A DNA stretch of 64,000 nucleotides from Dipteris shenzhenensis (Eukaryota): NCBI GenBank assembly GCA_047967505.1, contig CM106538.1. The stretch is one strand, 5' to 3'. Below the pieces are notes generated by a model, which made no database searches, had not been told where the DNA came from, and saw nothing but the letters and a program-made list of their open reading frames with translations. The translations under genes were made by a program, and so were the position numbers. Shown here piece by piece: positions 38,991-50,479 of this stretch. Every line of letters begins with the position of its first letter. Position 1 is the first letter of the stretch.

Positions 38991-41900
38991 CCATGAATGC
39001 ACCTTTGCCATAAAACTGAAGAAAATCTTTTATATCCTCAAAAGCACCCCAAATGGATTTTGGTCTATTGGGCTCTTTTTTCCTTCGCGACTCATTGTTC
39101 GTTTAGCATGGTCTGTATCTGCAAAGCCTCGAAGTCTGCCAGGAGGGTATCGTTGTGTGGTCATGTCTTCTTGAGTCTGCTGCAGCTCTTGTTCCAACTT
39201 CTTTCTGACTTCAATTGCTTAGACTCCCTGGCCTCTACCATTAGGCGCTTCACTTTCTCCTTTTAGAGAGCTGCTTTCGTCTATCCGAGCCTCTGGTGGG
39301 TCTATAATGCGATGAAATTGTGTCACATGAAAATTTATTGTCGCCGTCGGAGAATGTTCTTGGCGGCGGCTATCAAAGCCGTGATGGAGTCCATGAAGGC
39401 CATATCCTTGCTCGCAACCTAGTTTTCTTCCATCAACAACTTTTTGTACCCCTCTTGTGAAGCGTAGGCGCTGGAGGTGTAGAACTCCATGGCCTGCTAA
39501 TAGACATTGGGGAGAACGGGGGAGAGGCTGTTGGCCCGGGGTAGATGTAGGTGGTCGACGGGGGTTGGGCTCTTGTGGCTCCTGTGTAAGATCCGTTATG
39601 TCTTCTCTCTGGTCAATAGGCCTCTTCAACTTATGTTCATGACGTAGACGTTTAGCAATATCTGTAGCCATCTTCTGCTCTTCCTCTACGTGGAGCCGTT
39701 CGATTTTCCCTTGCTGTTGGAGGTCCTGTCGCTATTTTTCGTCCCCTTCCCATTGTATTTTAGGCGTCCTCTTCCTCCTGGAATCTGCATGCGACCTCTT
39801 CACCTCGCTGCCTTTTGGCAGCTACTTCCTCCTGTACCTTCTGGCTTTGCTTGTCTCTTCTCCTTTTTGGTGAGGGCTTTGTCGGCGTGGATCTGGTGGA
39901 GGGAGCTGCGAGTAAGGCCAATGTCTCTTTCCGCATCACCATAACCATCCAGAATGGGATCATCAAATAGGTGTTCTACGATGGGAATCAAGAACATTGG
40001 GTTGCCACCCTTTTTGCCGTACGTACGGATACTGATGATTTTGGTGCAAAAGAAATCAGCCCAATTTTTGGATTCTGGCTCGTGGAGACGAGCCAAAAAA
40101 TTCAGAAGCACCATGTTGTGATGCTCTGGAGCTAGATCTGCACTAATAAGGTGATGGCGCGAGCTATCTGGGCCAGTGCTGCGTCCTTGATGAGGTTGAT
40201 AGGGACTCCTCCCCTGTGTACTTTTGAATTGTAGACGACCAATGTGGCCAACCGCTTCTCCATAGCCCACAGCTTGGCAGATGGTAGGGGGTGTGCCAGG
40301 AGATTAAAGACGAGCTAAACTATTTCTACCATGAATTGGTGGTAATGATAATCTCCGTCAGTGTGTGTAGCCAGCTAGTGGTGCGTGCCGCTTGATTGTA
40401 ACAATTGATGAATTCCACTGCCTAGCGGAGAATTGAGGTGGTAGGGAAATCAATCGGTGACTGTCTGCAGTCCCACTGATCGGATATAATGCACCACCTC
40501 TAGGTCCTGGAGCGACTGGTAGGCTACCACATTGTGATAGTAGAGCCGGTAATCTTTGGCATTGCATTTGAAGTGTGAATGCATCACCACCCCTTGTAGC
40601 TATTTGAGCCGTCTTGCCCAAGAGGTGAGAATTGGGTGACTTGACCACATGCTCTGAAAAGTTATGGACATTCTGGACATCAGCAAGGTCTAGGATGCGG
40701 TGCTTGTGGAGCGTACAAGTGCTTGAGTACTGAGAATTTAATCTCATGGGTAGGTTGATGAGCGGAGTGTTCTTGCTCCATCTGGTCGGGTAGTGGCATG
40801 GAGATGATACGTGAAGATGAACGTGTGGTAGAGTGGGGGACGGTAGATGTCACTTTGTTGATTAGCTATTTGATGGAAAAGAGGTCGTGGACGCAGTGGG
40901 TAGGAAGTCATTGCATTATCCGTATAGCAGTGCGGCTGAGTTGGCCATCGCGTTGTCAATCTTGCTGCATTATTGCTATAGCAGCGACTCAATTTTATGG
41001 GTTTGATGAGGAATTTGACTGCTTGATTGACTTCTCTGGGCTTCACCTATTGTGTGCAAGTGCATGTGAAGTGGTATGGATGATGTGGCGGTGGAAGTTG
41101 AAAGTATTATGATGTGACCTTGGCCGTGTGGTGAGTGAGTGACTTGGTGAATGGAGTGTGAGTGAACTTGTGGACCCTATTCACCTAGTGGAGATGGACC
41201 AAACATTTATGGAGTGGAGGACTTGACAAGGAATGGCACATACTCATTTTTATTCGAAGATGATGTGGCATGGACCATACCCTATTCTCACCTATGATGT
41301 TGACTCTCTATTCTCACCTAGACCCTGTGCATTGGACGATGGATTGAAAACCTTAAGATTTAGAATACCTTGCATCTCTCCAGGAGGCATAGCTGCTTAG
41401 CATGCCTATAAAGAGCATTTGGGAAGCTTGCAGAAGTGGTGTCACTTATTCGTTGGTGCCTTTAACTGATTGTAGCAGGCTTGAAGCTTGTCATAAACTT
41501 GCAAATCCATCAAGATCCAGAGATTGTTATGAGGGAATTAGCATTTTAGTCCGGTGGTTGCAGCGCATGAATAACAGTTGGTTCTTGTGGGTCTGTCACC
41601 ATTTTAGGGACAGGTGTTAGTGGGTCTACTGTGTTGGCTGTTGGTGTCAAAGCGGAAGGAAAGGCTGAGATTGAGGGGATAAATTTCAAAACACACTGGT
41701 CCTCATTCTTCCCTTTGAGCATAGCAGGTTCTTGTGTTGCTGTCCCCTCTCTAGGGAAAGGTTCTTGTGTAATAGCCACAACCGCTTGTGTTGCTGATTC
41801 CTGTAGCATGATCACGTGAGGGTACAAGGGAGGGTCCCATGGTCGTATATTTTTTGTATTCGCTTGTGAGCTTCCAACAGTAGGCTCTTGTGTATCAATC

Positions 41901-42894
41901 TCATTTTTAGAGGCAGGTTCTTGTGGCACTACTATGGTCTTTGCCATGGATGATGTAGGGTGTTGAGTGGTACACATTGGAGACTTGCACGCTTTAGGCA
42001 CCCATATGCAGTTGTAGCTTCTAGCAACTTTTTGGTATCCACCGAGAGTGTTGTTGCCGTTAGCCTTTCATTGGCTTCATCTTTGGGAAATGGTCTTTCA
42101 TCGTGGCTTAGCTTGGACCTTTGTGGATGGAGAATGGGATTGGAGCGGCAGAACTGCATCCTTACTTTGTCTCGACATGATCTTGGAGGCAGAAGTGGAG
42201 ACTGTATCCTTTGGGAGCTCTTGCCTTGTGTGTTTGGTGCAGTTGTGATAGGCCCATTCTTTTTTGTCGGTATGGCTGCAGTTAGATTTGAATTAGCTTA
42301 GCGGCAGCTGGAGTAGATAAGGGAGCCACAATTGGGACCACTAGGATCATAGGCTATTTGCCAGCCTTCTTTGTTATAGGGGATGCTGGAATGGAAGTCA
42401 CTTCATTGATTGTGGCAACCGAGGTGCAGCCGTCATTAGTTAGAGTCATCATTGTTCTCGCTAATCAATTTGGCAGTTCATTGCCCAACACCATGTAATT
42501 ACCTATTCATCCATGGCACCTTCTGGCATAACATAAAATATACTTGGCATGCAATGGTTATTAATTGGTAAAGAAATCTTGATGCGACCTATAGCAGGCG
42601 AGATTTTGCCATTTACTACATGTATCATAACAAGTGTGGGTTCCAGGGTTATCTTAAATGTTAGTAGTCTGGTACACATTTCTTAAGAGATCAAGTTGTG
42701 GCTGGCACCAAAATTGATGAAGGCGTCGACGGAGCATATTGTTTTCTTGCACAGTTGAAAATCGGCTTGTACCCTTGCAGGGGCGACAGTCAGGTCCTCC
42801 ATGGGGTTGGGTATGTCTTTTCTCTGAGCGCCTTGGTCTGAGCACATTTTTCTGAGCATGGCCTATATTGTGATTTTGTAGACAATTTTATCAT

Positions 42895-43100
42895 AACATC
42901 ACACACCATTTAGTCATAAAACTACCCCAGGAAGATACTATATACATTTCTACCCCACAAAGATGCCGCTAACATCACACGCCATTTAGTCATAAAACTA
43001 CCCCAGGAAGATACTATATACATTTCTACCCCACAAAGATGCCGCTAACATCACACACCCTTTAGTCATAAAACTACCCCACAAAGATGCTATATACATT
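42895..43100. repeat. Left subterminal 76-bp tandem repeat (~2.7 copies)
   Basis: aacatcacac-ccatttagtcataaaactacccc... starts at 42895, 42971 and 43047. Confidence 0.92.
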
Positions 43101-43881
43101 TAATTACATTTCTTTCCAATAGTATTTAGGGCTTATAAGATCCCTTTATTCACAAAACTACTTTTTATGTCTACTTCATTTCAACACCCTCCACCTTCCT
43201 CATCCATCATTCATACTATCATGATAGATAGTGATTTATCGATGAAATGATTGCAAGTCACATGGTAAAGAATTTAGGGTGCAAATTTGCATGCATCTAT
43301 GCCGAAACATTTATTAGTTGCATCAAGGAGATACTTTAAGATTCAATTCACCATCATGATCATTTGTACACAACTCATAGTTTTGACATGCAAACCTTAA
43401 GTAAGATATGACATAATTGTCACATCTCTAGCAAATAGAAAAAGTTTTATGAAACCAACATGCTCAAAATTGAATATGTGATATTGAGATTAATATTCAT
43501 GGGTACTCACATGATGTACTAATAGTTCTTCAATATGATTACTACATCTCTAGCAAATGAAATAGGTGCAAGACACCACAAAAGTTATGCATGTTCAAAT
43601 CTAGGGCATCACAAGCAAAATGAATTGCTTGAAGGGAAAAACTCATGTCAAATCACTAGACTTAATCTTCTTTACTGATTTCATCCACATAGATATTGCG
43701 ACGATGCCTTCTCTCTTTGATGGGGGCATTGAATGCAATGTCATTGCACATCATCTCAGCCAGAGCACCTGCATAAGAAGGCAAAAAGCTAAAATAGATC
43801 AATCAATATCAATGCCTCATTGATAATAATATTCTCCAACAAATAGGTTTAAAAAGATAAAACAAAAGAGTAACATACTTA

Positions 43882-46800
43882 CTAGTCATCTAGAAGATTA
43901 ACAACCATTTCCACATCTTCGGAATCATTTAGAGTCCCATAGTTGCTTAACACATTTCCCTTTCCTTTCTGTCCATCCAAAAATGGTTGCAATATAGAAT
44001 AGCAAATGTTAGGATCATTCTCAATAGATAAGCATGCTCTCCCAGAATGCATGCATGCTTTTTACATAGAACCACCAGTCCCAGCACCTAAGTCCACCAC
44101 ATGTCCAGAAATTGGACACAACAACTCCAAGAAGTACAATATCATGCATGGAGCCTTCTCTAATGCACCTCTCCATGGAATACTCTCTCCATGTTTTATA
44201 GTCTGCTCACTTGTTGGTAAATAATGATGAAACAAACTACTTCCAAAAGCAATGCCCAATTTGGTACCAACCACGGAAGCATTTCTAGGATTACAAACAT
44301 AAGACATACCAGCCCAATGAAGAAGGCATAAAACCACAACATCCACCTAAAGACAAGAAAATAATTAAACTTATGCTTAGTACAAGCCATTTCATTAAAC
44401 AAGAGCATAAATTCTTTCAACAGGTCATTGTAAGACAATTGTCTCACCTTATGATCAATACCACCAACTTTGATTGTACAATATGCATCCAAGTATTGCA
44501 TGTACTTTTGACATGCAAACTCCAATCTGCTGATCCTAGCATAACGCTCAACCAAATGAAGAACATGAGGGGCACACATAATTAGGATCTAGCCAGAATC
44601 TGAAACAACTGTGGCCGCTACTAGCAAGGAGTAGCGTACATGGTCCTCTGTTAATAAATTCTAAGATGGAGATGAGGAATCCTCTACTCCAGGAGCTTCT
44701 AGCTGTGTAGGCAGATCTAGAATGACAAAATCTGTAGCCCAAGCAACACTCTTACCATTTCTTGTTTTTCTCTCACCTCCAAGACCCGCAAAGTATTCCT
44801 TCATGTCTATATAGGCTTGTGTGAAGTTTGAGACAGACAATTGCTTCCCAAACTCGACATAATCATAGCACCAAACCTTGCAATGTGAAGCATCACATGT
44901 GCCACTCCGATTCAAAGTTAGAGAGGCCAATGGAATGTACAAAAAGCGGATAGACCTATCTTTTCATTTACATCCTTTCAAAATGGGTGTAGACTGTAGT
45001 ACCTACACATCTGTATCCACACCACATATGTAAAGACACAAAGTGATAACAACATATGTTACACAAACAAATAACAGACCAAGAGGGCTTACCATTATTA
45101 GTACTAGGATTTTTTGGTGGCCTACCACCCTTCTTTAGTTCCATACTTGAATCCTTGTCCTTTTTAGTCATCTTCTCAAGTGTTTTTTGAATCTCAATGA
45201 CTGCATCATCCTCGTGGACTAAATTTGAGCTTGATGAACCCATCTCTCCCTTTTTATGCTGTGTGTACAGTTCTACCTCCTCCTCGATGCAACATCCTTT
45301 TTTCATATCGAGCCACCACGGGCAGTTCTTTCTCTCCCACTCAGAGAGCACTTACTTTCCTTCTTTTTCTATCATGTTTGAAGAGTACATACAGAATTTT
45401 AAGTCCTGAATTTTTGTCCATACTTGACATATGGGCAACAATTTTTCAATCTTACCAACGGCTTTTAAGGATTGTAAGAATCTACATACAATAAGAGTCT
45501 TAGTACAAAAGCAAAATACTTAAGGATGGATTTTTAATTGAAAAGGAAAAAACATATATTACTTACCCAAATACCAATCGTCGAGATGCCCTCGTCATCT
45601 CCATTTGTCTTGTTGCAGCTGTAACAATAGTCATTAAATCCTTTAAATCTTCATAAAGTTCAAGTCTGTTCATTGCTTGTATCTCCCCAAAATACTCTCT
45701 CAACATAGGATCTTGAGGAAGCACAAAGCTAGCTTGTTGACTAGCAACCAAGACCTAAGAGAGTAACCTCTCAGATTCACAAAGCAACTGATCCATCCAT
45801 GCCTCTTTCGCCATCCACTTTATGCATCCACTTTATGAATTCTCTATCAGCTTTTGGCATCCCATAACTTGTTCTCAAATTTGAATTTGACCCTAAGATT
45901 CTGAGGGTTGCTAGTTGTGTCTCCTTGGAGACCTTTGCAATGGAGATGTTATACAATTTTTCCAATGTGACAATGGAGGATTTATCATCAAATGGGAGGC
46001 TCCACAAGATATTAAACCAATCTTCACCATTTGTTGGTTTGACAATAGACAGAATCTACATATAAACAATACATGCAATCATCACACTCAAGTGTATTTT
46101 CTGATCATACAATACATGCATATCCCATACCTTGATCATTTTCTAAACAAAGATCATATTTACATCCTTTTTTAACGTTCTTTCTCAATCTCAAAAAACA
46201 TTTGAACACTTTAAAAATTCAACTTTATGTTAAGAATCATTAAATTAACCATACCTTGATCATTTTTCGATTGTACTTGAGATTCACATCCTTTCGAATA
46301 CTTTTAAGTGCTTTCTCCATATTAGCAACACTCAAATTTGGCTGAAGTTCCTTTAGCTTTGCCTCATAATCTTGCTTGTATAGTGGCTAAAATATATTCC
46401 AAAGAAACGAATGAGTACAATGAAGTAGTTAGTTCTAATTCAAAAGACATCCATGACAAATGGTATGAAACTTACTGCAAATACCATTCTCCCTAGCATC
46501 AGAGATGTCAAAGGATACCAAGTGCTTGATCCTTTACTGCTTTCATTTGCCCTATGCTTTTCAAGTGTCTTTTTTTCTTTCTCAGAAAAAAGTGATATGT
46601 ACTCATTCTCATCAGACGAACACATTATCTTCGTGTTGTACAAATAATCCTTGAGATTTGTTTTCATAATTGTTGTTTCATTAAGGCTAAAAAATAAAAA
46701 ATATATAGCTTCAAACATATTAAGAATTGTTCACAAAACCCTTAAAAGCTAAAAAAAAAGTAACACATATGAGCAAGAACTCGCACTTACAGATTGAACC

Positions 46801-47560
46801 TTTGAAGAGCAGTTATTAGCTTCATTTCTATTTCTTTCTCTGGAGTAATAAAACTTGTTAAAACTCGAATATGCCATGCCTTTGATGTCTTGAATTTCTC
46901 GTCGATTAGAGACATCCATGCAACAGTCCAGTGATTCCCCTCCCACACAAAAAACATCTTTCGAGACAAAAATGACCAATCAGCATCATCAACAATCTGT
47001 GCCTCAAATTCTGCATTTACATCCCTCCAACAAGAATCCCATGATTGTTCAATTTCATCTATCACCTCTTGTGAAACACCATCTGGAAGTGTTGTAGATA
47101 AAATAAACATTCCTTTCTGTTGAATATATTTTTCTGCCTCTAGAGCTTGCTTTAGGCTATCCATATCAGTTTGTAGGCCTCTCACTCTTGTGTTTACAAC
47201 ACAACGACATAATGGGATCAAGGGAGCAATCTTTCCAGGATTGATTGCAAGAGATTCAATAACATCCTTCCCCTGACCAATATCAAGTGCACCAGGAAAC
47301 TCTTGCTCAAACTCCTCGTCCAGTTGTTTATCCTCTTTCTTTCTCTTCTTAGAAGATTCCTCCACAATTATAGTAGTGTCTTCAAAGTCTTCCATCTCCT
47401 TATCCTCTTCAACTCCAATTTCAACCTCTTTTTGAAACTCTAAATTAGGTGTAGATTCCACTTGCAAACTTCTCTTGCTACTTGTCCTTCCACCTCTCCT
47501 ACCTCCTCGTTCTCCTCTTCCACCTCTCCCCCTCCTCTCAGAAGTTCTTATTTTTACCAT
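43882..47560 (-). pseudogene. ParB/sulfiredoxin-like domain + permuted (beta-class) N6-adenine/N4-cytosine DNA methyltransferase fusion, multi-exon
   Basis: Predicted GT-AG exons: 47560-46791, 46686-46476, 46386-46255, 46055-45567, 45481-45093, 45002-44448 and 44346-43882. Exon 1 has RVRGL...FFVWEGNHWTVAW (GnHR-like). Exon 6 has DFVILDLP (motif IV-like). The last exon has EKAPCMILYFLELLCPISGHVVDLGAGTGGS-KACMHSGRACLSIEND (motifs X, I, II). Several stops and a 13-bp frameshifting duplication. Confidence 0.8.
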
Positions 47561-48230
47561 CCTACCAATGTGACACAAATGCATTTAAAAAAAGAAGTCA
47601 TCGCATGGCATAGAATAGACTGACAAAGTCAATTAAGTCCCAGTGTTACTTCAATAGCATACAAAGAAAGCCCAAGAGGCTTCAAAATAGAAAATACCTG
47701 AAGCTTGATTGTGATGCTGCTAATTGAAGCTACACTTGACGAGATGATGGGGCTTGAAGAGGCTAGCTCTATAGATCCAAAGGTTGATGAGGGGGTATGC
47801 TACAAGAATTCAAAGAGAGTACAAGAACACAGAGGAAAAGATGACTAGTTATGTTGCCTTTTAAGAAAGAGATGAAGCACCTATGACTTGTGAAAATGGC
47901 GGGGCATGTGGCTCGAAACCCGAGAGGGAGGGCTTGGAAGCCTTGGATGCAAAACGAGTGAACGAGGTAGTCGAGGCCCAGAGGCGACTGGCGAACGTAA
48001 TGGAAGTTGTGAGTCCAAGGAGCAAGAGCCTCGAAGGCCAAGCGAAACCAACGCTTCTATAGCAAGAGTTTGTAGGACCGGGCAGTAGCACAACAACGAT
48101 AATGGGAGGTACAAGGAGTCTGCAGACTCCGAGGTTTGCAGCGTGGTCAGTGGGCTGCAAGGAGTAGGGCTAGAGGGCCTACTCTTGAATCAACGAATCA
48201 TCTAAGACTCAATCTGCCCAATCCTCTGCC

Positions 48231-48607
48231 GGAGAGCGGGGAGAGCGAGGGAGGGAGAGCGGGGAGAGCAGGGAGAGCGGGGAGGGAGAGCAGGGAGAGC
48301 GGGGGAGGGAGAGCGAGGAGAGCGAGAGCAGGGAGAGCAGGGAGGGAGAGCGGGGAGAGCGAGGGGGGAGAGCGAGGAGAGCAGGGAGAGCAGTGGAGGG
48401 AGAGCAAGGAGAGCAGGGGGAGGGAGAGCAGGGAGACTGGGGGAGGGAGAGCGGGGAGAGCAGGAAGAGCGAGGAGAGAGGGGGAGAGCAGGGAGAGCGG
48501 GGGAGGGAGAGCGAGGAGATCAGGGAGAGCGGGGAGAGTGGGGGAGGGAGAGCGGGGAGAGCGGGGAGGGAGAGCAGGGAGAGCGGGGGAGGGAGAGCGG
48601 GGAGAGC
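48231..48607. repeat. Purine-rich GGGAGAGC(G/A) microsatellite-like tract
   Basis: Dozens of gagagcgggg/gagagcaggg units with almost no T on the plus strand. Confidence 0.95.
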
Positions 48608-48629
48608 CTTAAAAAAAGGGCCTTAAAAA

Positions 48630-49985
48630 TTTTTCTTAAGGGCCTTTAAAAAAAAGGCCAAAAGACCCCTTTCGTCGACGAAAGGGGTCTTTTGGCCTTT
48701 CATTTTCTAAAATTGGACGAGGAGGAAAATGGCCTTTAAAAAAATTTTCTTAAGGGCCCTTGAAAAAATTTGAAAATGAAAGGGCAAAAGACTCCTTTCG
48801 TCGACAAAAGGGGTCTTTTGGCCTTTCATTTTCTTAAGGGCCTTTAAAAAAAAGGCCAAAAGACCCCTTTCGTCGACGAAAGGGGTCTTTTGGCCTTTCG
48901 TTTTCTAAAATTGGACAAGGAGGAAAATGGCCTTTCGTTTTCTAAAATTGGACAAGGAGGAAAATGGCCTTTAAAAAAATTTTCTTAAGAGCCCTTGAAA
49001 AAATTTGAAAATGAAAGGGCAAAAGACCCCTTTCATCGATGAAAGGGGTCTTTTGGCCTTTCATTTTCTTAAGGGCCTTTAAAAAGAAGGCCAAAAGACC
49101 CCTTTCATCGACAAAAGGGGTCCTTTAGCCTTTTATTTTCTTAAGGGCTTAAGAAAATTAAAGGCCCTGTCTATTGGCCTTTAATTTTCTTAAGTGCTCT
49201 CATTACAATTAAAGTTCACATTGATATTTGTAGAAATAATCATCCCTCTTCCATGATAAAGAATACCTTTTTTGGCAAGGGACCACCACATGGCCTCGAT
49301 CGACCCAAGTACTTAACGCTGGCACTCGTTTTTATTATTTCAAATCATTACAATCAATGCGTTTATTTTATTCACCATGACGGGACGACATACTAGCTAT
49401 AGAAATGCTACCAAACTATGATGTTAATAGGAACCATGACTTATAATGATTATCATACGAATTCAATTGCTAATGAGTGATCATTTAATTAAACATCATT
49501 ACTGTGTGAGGTTGATAATTTTTCATAATTGTGAGGTTTATAATTTTACTGTGTGAGGTCAACATATAATTAAATATCTTTTTAATTAATTTTCAATTAA
49601 TGATAAAGGCCAATAGACACCTTTTGGAGAAAATAATTCTTATTTATTGTTAATGGACGATAGAGGCAATTAGACCCCTTTTGGAGAAAATAATTAAATA
49701 TAGAGGCCAATAGACCCCTTTCGTCAACGAAAGGGGTCTATTAGCCTCTATATTTAATTGATGGTTCATGAAAGATAGAGGCCCATAGACCCCTTTCGTC
49801 GATGAAAGGGGTCTATTGGCCTCTACCTTTCATTAATAAATGATGAAAAATAGAGTCCAATAGACCCCTTTCATCGACAAAACAGTCTTTTGATGAAGGG
49901 GTCTATGGGCTTCTATCTTTCATAAATAATTGATGAAAGATAGAGTCCAATAGACCCCTTTCATCGATGAAACAGTCTTTTGGCA
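48630..49985. repeat. Array of ~9 long palindromes, core GACCCCTTTCGTCGACGAAAGGGGTC
   Basis: Perfect 48-bp palindromes at 48653-48700 and 48851-48898. Variants at ~48773, 49007, 49087, 49692, 49768, 49851 and 49941. Confidence 0.95.
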
Positions 49986-50479
49986 TACTTTTAACATCAT
50001 AATTTATATTCAAAAGGTTAGAGATGTGCTGACCAACCATTTCTTGTTCACCACAATTATAATTTATATCTATCTATCAACTTTAAAATACTTATATCAA
50101 ATTGTCAAAATGAATATGTAGCAATAATGCAATGTCATTGCTAGCAAGAATGGCTTGCAATAACTCCCATACGTGTCAAAGAAAGGCTGGGGATTAAAAG
50201 ATCTAAGAGTCCATGGTATTATAGTATTGTTGTTAACAAATGATGGCTAAAATTTACATCATGGTTCAGTACTATTGTCACACTTGTGCCGACTTTCACA
50301 AGACCAATCTTACAAAGTTGTGAGTATAAACAATGGGCAGTGTGTGCAAAGCATTTGTGAGTAACTTTTCTTGCGGTAGACTCTTGTTTTAAATGAGTTC
50401 TTGAAACGAACACTCTGCTCTTGATCTCGCCCTTTGGACTTCATCTCATTGAGTTGCACAGCTCAACCATTCCGTTCTT

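Noticed and set aside
46120-46175. Extra exon of the MTase gene
   Set aside because: It is a degenerate duplicate of the exon end and donor at ~46250-46295, with a stop and no good acceptor.
48136-48626. Gly/Arg/Glu-rich ORFs
   Set aside because: They arise from the stop-free GGGAGAGC repeat; no coding evidence.
48630-49985. CRISPR array
   Set aside because: The repeats are perfect palindromes with irregular spacing and repeated, non-unique spacers. There are no cas genes, and the context is eukaryotic.
43882-49985. Bacterial/plasmid contamination or a true parABS locus
   Set aside because: The ParB-MTase gene has GT-AG introns, there is no ParA, and it lies within a TSD-bounded element nested in plant retroelements. 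The palindromes do not match the canonical parS spacing.
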